Shown here piece by piece: positions 30,074 to 39,208 of a DNA stretch of 64,000 nt (positions are counted from its first letter, which is position 1; each line of letters starts with the position of its first letter). This DNA is from a virus: positions 26,919 through 90,918 of IMG/VR virus record IMGVR_UViG_3300008266_000018; one strand, given 5' to 3'. The position numbers were made by a program, and so were the translations under genes. The notes below the pieces were generated by a model. The model was given only the letters and a program-made list of their open reading frames with translations. It ran no database searches and was not told the DNA's origin.

Positions 30074-30687
30074 TGCTGCTTACGAGCAAAGTCTTTACTC
30101 TGTGCCTTAATAAAAGCTGGATTCCCATCGGGACAAAGTGCGTTTCTGAAGCAGTATCTTGCCTGTATTCAGGAGATTATCAAGCGCTTTATATTCAAGA
30201 AAACGGTAACGAACCGATCTTCGAAGTTTTATCTTGGGAAGATTGGGTGAGAATTCCTGTCTCTGAAAATGACATAACTATCTCATCTGTAAAACTCACC
30301 ATCAAAGTTCCTACAATTATTATTTGTAAAAATTACAATGCAATTCCTATGCTTGAAGTTAAGCTGAACAGCGATAGGATTGCAGAGAGAGATAATTATA
30401 CTTGTCAATATTCTGGGCGCAAATTTACTCCAGAAGAAGTCAAAAAGAAAGCTTCAATTGATCACATTATTCCAAGATCAAGAGGAGGAAAAGATTCTTG
30501 GGATAATTTAGTTCTTTGCGATAAAGAAATTAATTCAATGAAGTCTAATAAGACTCCAGAAGAAGCGGGGCTTAAATTAATTAGAAAGCCTTCTTTAAAG
30601 CCGTACAAAGTTCCATATCAATCTTCTATTAGAAATATTAACCATTACTCATGGAAGCATTTTATAATAGAAAAGAATGAACAATAA
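30070..30687 (+). CDS. HNH endonuclease
   Basis: RDNYTCQY, IDHIIPRSRGG..WDNLVLC..N..K. Confidence 0.9.
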   Translation: MMLLTSKVFTLCLNKSWIPIGTKCVSEAVSCLYSGDYQALYIQENGNEPIFEVLSWEDWVRIPVSENDITISSVKLTIKVPTIIICKNYNAIPMLEVKLNSDRIAERDNYTCQYSGRKFTPEEVKKKASIDHIIPRSRGGKDSWDNLVLCDKEINSMKSNKTPEEAGLKLIRKPSLKPYKVPYQSSIRNINHYSWKHFIIEKNEQ

Positions 30688-30970
30688 ATCTCAAGAGAGA
30701 TCCCATAAGCAAATAATGAAGTGCGTCAAAGAGCTTTCAGAAAGTTACGACACAGTTCAGATTTTTTTAACAAGACACGTTGATGTAAGTAAAAATATTG
30801 AAGATACTGAATCTCTTTATTTTGGGATAGGAAATAAATTTGCAATTTACGGCCAAGTTAGAAATTGGTTGTTGACAGAAGAGAAAAAGATGCTAAACAT
30901 AGCTGACCTAGAATTCGACTCTGAATTTGGAGGAGAAGACGAGGACGACGGAACAGAAGAAAAAGAATAA
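30677..30970 (+). CDS. Hypothetical protein
   Basis: ORF with acidic tail. Confidence 0.55.
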   Translation: MNNKSQERSHKQIMKCVKELSESYDTVQIFLTRHVDVSKNIEDTESLYFGIGNKFAIYGQVRNWLLTEEKKMLNIADLEFDSEFGGEDEDDGTEEKE

Positions 30971-30971
30971 T

Positions 30972-31397
30972 ATGAACATTCAAATTAAGAAATTGTCTGA
31001 TAAAGCTAAGATTCCAACTCAAGGATCAAAGTATGCTGCTGGTTATGATTTGTATGCAGCAGAAGAAGTTCTTGTAAATACAATGGGAAGAAAGTTGGTA
31101 AAAACCAATATTTCTATTTCAATTCCTGAAGGATATTATGGGCGCATTGCTCCTCGTTCAGGTCTAGCTTATAAGAATGGAATCGATGTTTTGGCTGGAG
31201 TTATCGATTCTGATTATCGCGGCGATATTGGAGTTATTCTTTTTAATACAGATCATAATCTTGATTTTGAAGTTAATGTTGGCGACAGAATCGCGCAAAT
31301 TATTATTGAAAAGTGTCATTCTGCAAATTGGGAAACTGTTGAGACTCTTGATGCCACCGTTCGATCTGAAGGTGGATTTGGAAGCTCAGGAGTTTAA
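30972..31397 (+). CDS. dut: dUTPase (trimeric)
   Basis: AGYDL, PRSGLA, GVIDSDYRG, RIAQ, GGFGSSG. Confidence 0.95.
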   Translation: MNIQIKKLSDKAKIPTQGSKYAAGYDLYAAEEVLVNTMGRKLVKTNISISIPEGYYGRIAPRSGLAYKNGIDVLAGVIDSDYRGDIGVILFNTDHNLDFEVNVGDRIAQIIIEKCHSANWETVETLDATVRSEGGFGSSGV

Positions 31398-31400
31398 AAT

Positions 31401-31943
31401 ATGTCAAGGCATGCTAATCTTCCATTTCATCTTTACGTCAAAGTAAGCAATAAATATCTTGGCGCGGAAATGCCAGATGGTTATACAGAAGCTATTTGGC
31501 ACGGAGTTTTTGGAAGATTTAATCAGGTTTTATCCTGCCATGTCTTGTTAGAAAGTGGAGCGCATTGGAGCGGCTTGCCAATTCAAGCAATATCTACAAA
31601 AAATAATTATTCTCATTCTTCTAACATTTTAATGCCTTGGGCAACTATGGGAGAAGAAATAGACTGCATTCATTTTAAATACTTAGAAGGTATTGAGTGC
31701 GAAACTAGAGAAGTAATAAAAACTCCAGCTAGACATACAGGAATAATCATAGACTGGAAAGATGGTTTTAGTAGATATCCGCAAGAACACAAGCCGCTCA
31801 ATTTGATTGAATTAGAAAATGGTCAATTTGCTTTATACCCAAATAACTATCTTTATTTCAAAGACGCTCATTTTATTTCAGATGAAGCTAAAAGTAATTT
31901 AAAATTTTACAAGCGAAACGAAGAAATATACTGGGGAAATTAA
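31401..31943 (+). CDS. Phage hypothetical protein
   Basis: LESGA.W..LPI, EHK...L.NGQFALYPNN. Confidence 0.6.
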   Translation: MSRHANLPFHLYVKVSNKYLGAEMPDGYTEAIWHGVFGRFNQVLSCHVLLESGAHWSGLPIQAISTKNNYSHSSNILMPWATMGEEIDCIHFKYLEGIECETREVIKTPARHTGIIIDWKDGFSRYPQEHKPLNLIELENGQFALYPNNYLYFKDAHFISDEAKSNLKFYKRNEEIYWGN

Positions 31944-31944
31944 A

Positions 31945-32328
31945 ATGCTTAGAATAAAAACAAAATTAGATAAAAGCCAAATCGCTGGAATTGGAGTTTT
32001 CACTGACGAAGATATTCATGAAGGACAAATTATATGGAGTATGAATAATCTTTCTGTCTTTAGAATAACTTCCGAAGATTATAAATCTCTTTCCGAAGAA
32101 GAAAAAAATTTTATAGAAGAAAAAGATTACTATTGGATCGACAGCGATGGAAGCTATATGATTCCATTAGATGACAGCAGATTTATAAATCATTCTGAAA
32201 GTCCAAATGTTATAGATAAAAATGATTATTTAACTATTGCAGCTAGAAATATTAAAAAAGGCGAAGAGTTAACTATGAATTATAGGACATTAGTTAGTGA
32301 AGAATATTGGAAACCTTATTTTAAATGA
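31945..32328 (+). CDS. SET-domain protein
   Basis: GIGVF, RFINHSESPN, IKKGEELTMNY. Confidence 0.9.
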   Translation: MLRIKTKLDKSQIAGIGVFTDEDIHEGQIIWSMNNLSVFRITSEDYKSLSEEEKNFIEEKDYYWIDSDGSYMIPLDDSRFINHSESPNVIDKNDYLTIAARNIKKGEELTMNYRTLVSEEYWKPYFK

Positions 32329-32825
32329 GACTTAATAAAATTGAATATGGTTTTTATCTTGCTCTTGCGTCTAGGGCAAGATCTGAAGATCGTCAAACTC
32401 AGACAGGATGCGTACTTTTTGATGAAAACTGGCGCACAATTGGCACTGGTTTCAACGGATTCGCGCCAAAATTCGTTCCAACCGAAGATGTTTTTGAAGA
32501 TCGCTCTTTCAAATCTGAAATTATTTGTCACGCAGAAATTAATGCTATTCTTAATAGCTCAAAAAACGCTAAGTATTTATTTTCAGTATTAAGTCCATGC
32601 GTATCTTGCGCCAAAACAATTGCCGCCACATCAATCAAAGAAGTTTATTTTATTAAACAATATCATAAAGCTGGCGCAGAAGCTGACATGAAGTACGCCA
32701 AAATCTTTGATTTATATGGAATAAAAGTTTTTCAAATTTCTAAAGATAGTCTTTCAAATATAGAAAAAGTAATGAAACAAGAAGTAGAAAATATTAAAAA
32801 TTTATCTTTGGATCTTGAGTATTAA
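32325..32825 (+). CDS. dCMP deaminase
   Basis: RSED..TQTG, GFNG, HAEINA, SPCVSC. Confidence 0.9.
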   Translation: MRLNKIEYGFYLALASRARSEDRQTQTGCVLFDENWRTIGTGFNGFAPKFVPTEDVFEDRSFKSEIICHAEINAILNSSKNAKYLFSVLSPCVSCAKTIAATSIKEVYFIKQYHKAGAEADMKYAKIFDLYGIKVFQISKDSLSNIEKVMKQEVENIKNLSLDLEY

Positions 32826-32840
32826 AACGTAATATATTAC

Positions 32841-33125
32841 ATGAAGGATCAAAGGAAAGATGATTCGCTTCTTAACCTTTGTAAGGTACTAGATACTGAT
32901 TACATAGATTATGGAGGCAAAATCACTCGTTGGCTTGATCCTGATGCTGACTACAATGACTGTAGCGACGGGTGTAAGTATTTTATTCCTTTACACAATG
33001 AGTCGTATAAAGGAGCAGATTTGGATTTCGGAGTATGCACAAATCCAAAAAGTAAAAGGTGCGGATTGCTTACAAATGAACATCAAGCAGGATATGGATG
33101 TTTTGAAATAGAAAAATTAAAATAG
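32841..33125 (+). CDS. Cys-rich hypothetical protein
   Basis: DCSDGCKYF..DFGVCTNP..EHQ.G.GC. Confidence 0.6.
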   Translation: MKDQRKDDSLLNLCKVLDTDYIDYGGKITRWLDPDADYNDCSDGCKYFIPLHNESYKGADLDFGVCTNPKSKRCGLLTNEHQAGYGCFEIEKLK

Positions 33126-33130
33126 ATTTT

Positions 33131-33204
33131 GAGAGTATAGCTTAATGGTAAAGCGCGATTTTTCCAAATTCGACATGGATGTTCGATTCAACCTACTCTC
33201 TCCA
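33131..33204 (+). tRNA. tRNA-Gly(UCC), atypical
   Basis: GAGAGTA/TACTCTC acceptor plus TCCA; loop TT-TCC-AA; one mismatch each in the anticodon and T stems. Confidence 0.75.
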
Positions 33205-33231
33205 TCTTCTAAAAATAAACATCTAATTTAT

Positions 33232-33307
33232 TGGGGGTTCGTATAATGGATCATTACTGTCGCCTTTGAAGCGATAAATGGGGTTTCGATCACCTCACCC
33301 CCAACCA
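33232..33307 (+). tRNA. tRNA-Gln(UUG)
   Basis: TGGGGGT/ACCCCCA acceptor, GTCGC-CTTTGAA-GCGAT, encoded CCA. Confidence 0.88.
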
Positions 33308-33315
33308 ATTTTAAA

Positions 33316-33510
33316 ATGCAAGAACACGAAATTATACTAAAAGAACTAATTGAAAAGCTGAAAACAGTTGATGTAAATAAGACCGCTCCATACCTAGTCA
33401 AAGAAATAGATAAACACGTTCAAGAAGCTTACTCTCAAATTTATAAAGCTAGAGAGCAAAAAACAGTGTATAATCCTCTAGTTTATGATAAAAAAGGACA
33501 CTGCTGCTAA
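33316..33510 (+). CDS. Hypothetical protein
   Basis: Short ORF. Confidence 0.45.
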   Translation: MQEHEIILKELIEKLKTVDVNKTAPYLVKEIDKHVQEAYSQIYKAREQKTVYNPLVYDKKGHCC

Positions 33511-33673
33511 AATATCCACGCCATGTACAAAGCAATGCCGTTTAGTAGGAGCAATTAGATGTTATGGATGCGGAAGAACTTGGCAGCAAATTAAAAACTG
33601 GTCATTCTACTCTGAAGAAGAACGTATTGAAATAATAAAAAATTTGAAAAAGCCAGTTTTCGACGATATATAA
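33485..33673 (+). CDS. DUF1289-like Cys protein
   Basis: STPC...C.....CYGCGRT..QI..W. Confidence 0.75.
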   Translation: MIKKDTAAKISTPCTKQCRLVGAIRCYGCGRTWQQIKNWSFYSEEERIEIIKNLKKPVFDDI

Positions 33674-33678
33674 AATAT

Positions 33679-33813
33679 ATGTCAGCAGGTAAAGGCGATA
33701 AACCCAGAAATTGTTTTAGTAGTAAATATAAAAATAATTACGACGACATAAATTGGGGTGATAAAAATAAGACTTTAAAAAAGAAGAAAAATTCTAATAA
33801 TAAAGTCAAATGA
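33679..33813 (+). CDS. Small phage peptide (not in ORF track)
   Basis: MSAGKGDKPRNCFSSKYKNNYDDINW..., 44 aa; fills the gap. Confidence 0.6.
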   Translation: MSAGKGDKPRNCFSSKYKNNYDDINWGDKNKTLKKKKNSNNKVK

Positions 33814-35168
33814 AGAATCTTTCAATTATTTTTATCTCACTTCTTGTAGCTTTTACAGCTATAAGCATTAAAGCCAAAAGTCAATCTAAAGCTCAAACTA
33901 AGTTTCCAGACTTCGGCTTTATGGTTCCGCCCAGCGAAGTCACAAATGTTAATGAAGTTTTTAAACTAAGTCAGGATTACCCGAAGAGCCTTCCAAAGAA
34001 CAAGCTTCCTAAATTTTACAGCATAGATTATAAAACTAATTGGCGCGAATATCTACTTTCTGTACGAGATTACTGTTTTGAAGGAAATACAAATGTAGAT
34101 TTTCGAGTTGAGAATAATAAGGCTCGAAATTGGTATCACATGCCTTTCCAACATTATTCTGCAAATGGCCGAGAAGGGTTTCACGGATTAACCAAGGAAG
34201 CGCCAGTTAAGGCGCATCAACTCGCTATTTCGCAAGAATACGCCACATCTGGCGCGTGGGCAGTAGGCTTCTTTAATGACGTAGCTGGATATACAATTGG
34301 TCAAGTTTGGGCTGATCATGAAAACCCAGATGTCACCCTTATGAAGGGAGGATTTAAACATGGTGCAGTATTGTTTAAGCTATTGTTTACTTCTATTCCA
34401 AAAGACGTAGCTGAAGCCACAGTTCCATTTTTCCGCAACGGAATTTGGTGGGACGCTTATGCAACATATAATTTTAATAGTTCAGACCGTTCAAAAATTC
34501 AAGTTGTATTAACCCAAATGGACATTATGGTTCGTGATGATAATGCTCCTAACGGTTGGGTATTTGGCAATTTCCAATATAATGGCGCAGTAAATAATCC
34601 TATTAAGTGGAATAATCTAGTTCCAGTAGGTTTGATGTGGGGCCAAGATCCTACAAATAATGTAGATTTCTCTAATCCATATCCAACAAACACGATTATT
34701 AATACAGCTTTGAAGGAAACTATTATTAATCCTGATAGAAACGAGCTTCCTCCTACGCATCTTGGCTGGAATGGTCGTTTAAATGGCCCTCTTGATAACT
34801 CTATGAGTTCTTGTTATAGCTGCCATTCAACGGCTGAATATCCTCAAGGATCTCCTATCAGTCCATTGTTTGATCCAGTTCTTTCTAAGAAATATCCCCC
34901 CGGCAGCGATGGTTGGATGCTTTGGTTTAGAAATCTAAAGTGCGCTCAGTCTTTTGATAAGTCAACTTACGCTAAACCTCATTATTCAACTGACTTCTGT
35001 TTACAAATGTCAGAAGCTCTTGAGAATTTCGTAAATTGGAAAGCTGCACAAGGCGGTCTTTATCGCAAGGATTATGATAAATCTTCAAATAATTTCCTTG
35101 AACTTCGAAATGGAGAGATTAACCTTAGAGAAGGTAAGATCTACCCTGTAGATCGTCGAAATAAATGA
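33810..35168 (+). CDS. Secreted protein with a CxxCH haem-c motif
   Basis: Signal peptide; SSCYSCHSTA. Confidence 0.65.
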   Translation: MKNLSIIFISLLVAFTAISIKAKSQSKAQTKFPDFGFMVPPSEVTNVNEVFKLSQDYPKSLPKNKLPKFYSIDYKTNWREYLLSVRDYCFEGNTNVDFRVENNKARNWYHMPFQHYSANGREGFHGLTKEAPVKAHQLAISQEYATSGAWAVGFFNDVAGYTIGQVWADHENPDVTLMKGGFKHGAVLFKLLFTSIPKDVAEATVPFFRNGIWWDAYATYNFNSSDRSKIQVVLTQMDIMVRDDNAPNGWVFGNFQYNGAVNNPIKWNNLVPVGLMWGQDPTNNVDFSNPYPTNTIINTALKETIINPDRNELPPTHLGWNGRLNGPLDNSMSSCYSCHSTAEYPQGSPISPLFDPVLSKKYPPGSDGWMLWFRNLKCAQSFDKSTYAKPHYSTDFCLQMSEALENFVNWKAAQGGLYRKDYDKSSNNFLELRNGEINLREGKIYPVDRRNK

Positions 35169-35707
35169 AAGACAAAGACGGATATCTCCTAGTCGAAAAA
35201 GAGTTTACTCTTCGCGGTTATAAATTTAAATTCATCAAGCAATTAAAAAATGATTGGTGCATTTATGAGAAAATCAAAAAAGAAGAAGCAGGAGTAAAAA
35301 GCAGAACCAAGCACATTCATAAAAAGTATGAGCTTGTAAAATTACGGCGGCAAGAATCTTATGTATTTAATGATAAGAAGATTGAAGCTAAATGGCTGTA
35401 TCCAAGCGATAACGCTTTTGGAAAACTTGGTTTTGACTGCATTTCTTTAGATGCGGCGCAAAATCGATACGAAGAAATCGTTAAAGCTGGAGAGAAAAAA
35501 GAAATAGAAGAAGAGCTTAAGAATGAAGAAGTAAGAATTCCTACAAAGGATTTTACTATCAAAGACTTTATTAAAGCTAATCCAAAGCTAAATTATTCAA
35601 TAGCTTATCAAAAGATTAAGGAATTAATCTCAAATAAGGGCATTAGACTCGCAGGAGAAAAGAAAAATAAACGAGGTAAAGCTAGTAATCTTTATAAAAA
35701 GGTGTAA
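35165..35707 (+). CDS. Hypothetical protein with possible C-terminal winged helix
   Basis: FTIKDF...RGKASNLY. Confidence 0.5.
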   Translation: MKDKDGYLLVEKEFTLRGYKFKFIKQLKNDWCIYEKIKKEEAGVKSRTKHIHKKYELVKLRRQESYVFNDKKIEAKWLYPSDNAFGKLGFDCISLDAAQNRYEEIVKAGEKKEIEEELKNEEVRIPTKDFTIKDFIKANPKLNYSIAYQKIKELISNKGIRLAGEKKNKRGKASNLYKKV

Positions 35708-35716
35708 TAAAAGACT

Positions 35717-35965
35717 ATGGAAGAATACATAGGAGATATTAAATTATTCGCAGGAACTTATTGTCCACAATACTTTATGTACTGCGATGGTCAAACATTA
35801 CAAATTCAATACAATCAAGCGTTATTTGCTGTTATTGGATTTCAATATGGAGGAGACAATAAAACATTATTTGCTCTTCCTAATTTAAATAAAAACCCGA
35901 TTATACAAGGCACAAGTTTGAAATATATAATTTGTACAGAGGGAATTTTCCCAACTAGACCATAA
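35717..35965 (+). CDS. Tail-collar domain protein
   Basis: IGDIKLFAG..P..FMYCDGQ.L...NQALFAVIG..YGGD...FALPNL...YIIC..GIFP.R. Confidence 0.85.
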   Translation: MEEYIGDIKLFAGTYCPQYFMYCDGQTLQIQYNQALFAVIGFQYGGDNKTLFALPNLNKNPIIQGTSLKYIICTEGIFPTRP

Positions 35966-35975
35966 TAAAAACAAC

Positions 35976-36000
35976 AAGCCGCCGAAAGGCGGCTTTTTTT
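35976..36000 (+). terminator. Intrinsic terminator
   Basis: AAGCCGCC-GAAA-GGCGGCTT plus T-run. Confidence 0.9.
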
Positions 36001-36014
36001 GTGTAAATAAAGAT

Positions 36015-36974
36015 ATGAATTTTAAAAAAATTTTTGCCGTATTTTGTTTATTTTTATTTACAGGATGCTTTTCTACAATAAAGCCAGCAAAACAAATTGA
36101 CGACAATCAAAAAATTATTGCCAAAGAAGAGAAGAAGGTAGACAACACTCTTGTAGAAATAGAAAAAAACGACAAAGGTAAGAAAATACAAACCTCTGGT
36201 CTTTCTATTGGTATTCAGCATTCTTTAAATCAAGTTACTAATGCTCCTGTACAAGTAGACACGGCGTTAAAATTGAATGAAAGAGTTATTTCTATTGTAG
36301 GTTCACCTCATATAGATGAAACAAAAAGAATTAAAGCTACAGTAGATTTATTAAATTCTGCTTTAGTTGAAGAGCGTAAGAAAGGCGAAGAACTTCTCGC
36401 TCAACGTGACGATTTAATTAATAAACTTCAAAAAGAAAAATCAGAGCTTAATCAAAAATATGATGACCAACTCTGGCAATTAACCGACAAAGCTAAAGAA
36501 GTCGCCAAAGAAGCTGACCAAAACAAAGCTGTATTAGATTCAATGAGCGGAATGTTCGGATTAAACGCCGTGTTTTGGGGCTTAAAGAAGTTTGTTGTTA
36601 GTGCATTAACTACAATAGTAGTATTTGTTATAGTATTTGTTCTTCTTCGTTTATTGGCTACGGTTCATCCCGCTGCCGCCGCCGCATTCTCAATATTTAA
36701 CATGTTGGGATCTGCAATAATATCTATTCTTAAAGCTCTTACTCCCAAAGCTTTTGAAATGTGTGATTTCGCAACAAAAGAAAAAGTTGATGAATTTAAA
36801 TCTCCTCTTGTTAAAATTATAGATGTTATTCAAGAACTAAAAGAAAAACAAAAAGAATCTCCTGATAGAGTATATCCATTAAATGAATTACTAAAACGTT
36901 TCGAGAAAGAAATGGATAGTGATGAAAAAGATTTAATAGATGATATATTAAGAGAACAAAAGTGGATCAAATAA
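36015..36974 (+). CDS. Lipoprotein with coiled coil and internal TM helices (spanin-like?)
   Basis: Lipobox LFTGC; helical region; hydrophobic segments at about aa 180-240. Confidence 0.6.
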   Translation: MNFKKIFAVFCLFLFTGCFSTIKPAKQIDDNQKIIAKEEKKVDNTLVEIEKNDKGKKIQTSGLSIGIQHSLNQVTNAPVQVDTALKLNERVISIVGSPHIDETKRIKATVDLLNSALVEERKKGEELLAQRDDLINKLQKEKSELNQKYDDQLWQLTDKAKEVAKEADQNKAVLDSMSGMFGLNAVFWGLKKFVVSALTTIVVFVIVFVLLRLLATVHPAAAAAFSIFNMLGSAIISILKALTPKAFEMCDFATKEKVDEFKSPLVKIIDVIQELKEKQKESPDRVYPLNELLKRFEKEMDSDEKDLIDDILREQKWIK

Positions 36975-37058
36975 CCGACAATATACCATAAAACACCGGA
37001 TAACTTAAAAAATCTATTTTATTTATTTTAGTGTAATCAGTTATACGCAACTGATTAT

Positions 37059-37439
37059 ATGAACACAAACGACGTTAATATTATATCGCAACAAGCATTA
37101 GAATCAACTGGTCAAGATTTGACTGGTAAATATGTTTGGTTATTTATTATTGGACTTATAGCGTTAATGTTTAAGTCTAGTATTGAAAAGTTTGCGGCAG
37201 CTTTGTTTATGTTTGTTGGAAATGATTATAAAGAAGACGATGTTGTTTATGTAGATGGTAAACCCGGAAGAATAGTAAGAGTAGGTCTTACAAAGACTGT
37301 TTTCTTTATATACGATGTGGTTGACGGAAAAGTTTTGGGCGGCAGCAAGTTAGTTGTCCAAAACGAAAGACTAGCCTCATTAAATATTGAAAAGCCTCTT
37401 GCCAACTTAGATCTTAGCAGATTTAAGAAACAAGATTAA
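37059..37439 (+). CDS. Mini MscS-like membrane protein
   Basis: TM segments, then YKEDDVVYVDGKPGRIVRVGLTKT (MscS beta domain), VVQNERL. Confidence 0.65.
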   Translation: MNTNDVNIISQQALESTGQDLTGKYVWLFIIGLIALMFKSSIEKFAAALFMFVGNDYKEDDVVYVDGKPGRIVRVGLTKTVFFIYDVVDGKVLGGSKLVVQNERLASLNIEKPLANLDLSRFKKQD

Positions 37440-37440
37440 A

Positions 37441-39192
37441 ATGGCAATTAATATTTTCACTCACATACGACGCAATTTATATGATAATGTCTATAACTGC
37501 ATAGTTAAAGACAAAGTAAATATAAATGAAAGAGATGAGGACACTGGAAATCCTCCTCTCATAGTTGCTGTATCGGAGAATAATAAAGAGATTGTTGAAT
37601 TATTATTGAATCACGGCGCGGATGTTAATTGTAAAGATTGGACAAGTAAAAATACAGCACTTGATATAGCAGAGCAAAAAGGTTTTTTATCTATTGTCGA
37701 TGTTCTTCAAAAGCGTGGTGCAAAATATGGCAGCGGAAGTAGCTTTCATTTGGCGGCTAAAAATGGCGACATAGTTTCAGTAGAAGAAATGCTGAATAAA
37801 GGCCATACTTTAAATGAAGTTGACGCTGCAAAAGGTTGGACCGCAATGCATTATGCAGTTCATTATGGACAAAAACATTTAGTTGAATATTTAATACTTA
37901 GAGGCGCTGATGTTAATTCTAAAGACTTCTTAGGTAAAAATAATCCAATAGATGTATTAGCTTTAGGCAATAGAGGAGAAATCGTAAGAATATTAACCAA
38001 ATCTGGCGCAAAATCTTCTGGTGGTTCAAGCATTCATTTTTGTGCAGAAACTGGTGATTTTGAAGGTGTACAGAAATATTTTGACATTGATGGTCGTATA
38101 AACGGTAGAGACGAAAAGAATGGATGGATGCCTATCCATTATGCCGTTAACGCTAACGATATTGAGATGGTTGAATTCTTAATCTGTTTAGGAGCCAACG
38201 TTAATGGCGCGGATTTTAAAGGTGAAGTTGCGCCATTAGATTTAGCTTTTAAAACTGGTAATATTAAAATGCAAACACTGCTTCAATCAAAAGGGGCAGC
38301 TAGAAAGAAAAAAATAGATAATGGAGGCGGCGGCAAAGACGTTACAATCCATATCAGTGAAGAATTTAAAAAACAAATGCAAGCTTATATTGATAAAAGA
38401 AATCAAGAAGAAGCTGTTTTAAAAAAGATACATGAAGAAGAAGTCTCAAAAGATCCAAAGAAAAAAGATAAAAAGACTATTAACTGGAAAGAATTTTTAA
38501 AAAGTAAAAATAAGCCTGTCGAAGAAAAGAAGGTCGAAGAAGTTAAGAAAATTGAAGCTCCAAAACCTCCTAAGAAAATAATAAATCAAGTTGCGGTGAT
38601 TGATGCTGAAGTTAAATCTAGTCGTCTTGAATTGGATAAAATACAAGATGGCTATATTTTTTTCATGGACATAGTTGGATATAGTAAAAAAACTACTGAC
38701 GAGCAAAGAAAATGTTTTAAAGATCTAGGCGAAATAGTTAAATCAACTATACAATTTAAAACAGCTAATGCTCTTGAAAAATTAATCGTTCTTCCAACAG
38801 GTGACGGAATGATTCTTGGATTCTTCACTTACCTTGAAGACGCTATCAATTGTGGCATCACTGTTGCAAAAGTAGTTAAAAATAGACCAGATTTAGAAAT
38901 GAGAATGGGCATTCATTGCGGCGACGTTTGCCCACTAGAAGATATAAATGGTAATTTAAATATTAGCGGCGATGGAATTAATTACGCTCAAAGAGTAATG
39001 GATGCTGGAGAAACTAATCATTTATTAGTTAGCTCTGACGTTATGGCTAAATATGACAGACCAAATTATGTATTAGTTGAAGATCTTGGCGATGTAATAG
39101 TCAAGCACGGAGTTATTATGCGATTGTATAGTTTGTATTCATCTGATTTTGGAAATAAAAATTTTCCGAATTCAAGAGTAAAAAAAGTGTAA
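37441..39192 (+). CDS. Ankyrin-repeat protein with C-terminal class III nucleotide cyclase
   Basis: Repeated G..(P/A)(L/M/I)H.A...GADVN; FMDIVGYS, TGDG, RMGIHCG, GDGINYAQRVM. Confidence 0.9.
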   Translation: MAINIFTHIRRNLYDNVYNCIVKDKVNINERDEDTGNPPLIVAVSENNKEIVELLLNHGADVNCKDWTSKNTALDIAEQKGFLSIVDVLQKRGAKYGSGSSFHLAAKNGDIVSVEEMLNKGHTLNEVDAAKGWTAMHYAVHYGQKHLVEYLILRGADVNSKDFLGKNNPIDVLALGNRGEIVRILTKSGAKSSGGSSIHFCAETGDFEGVQKYFDIDGRINGRDEKNGWMPIHYAVNANDIEMVEFLICLGANVNGADFKGEVAPLDLAFKTGNIKMQTLLQSKGAARKKKIDNGGGGKDVTIHISEEFKKQMQAYIDKRNQEEAVLKKIHEEEVSKDPKKKDKKTINWKEFLKSKNKPVEEKKVEEVKKIEAPKPPKKIINQVAVIDAEVKSSRLELDKIQDGYIFFMDIVGYSKKTTDEQRKCFKDLGEIVKSTIQFKTANALEKLIVLPTGDGMILGFFTYLEDAINCGITVAKVVKNRPDLEMRMGIHCGDVCPLEDINGNLNISGDGINYAQRVMDAGETNHLLVSSDVMAKYDRPNYVLVEDLGDVIVKHGVIMRLYSLYSSDFGNKNFPNSRVKKV

Positions 39193-39208
39193 GTTAAAAG
39201 TATCTTTT

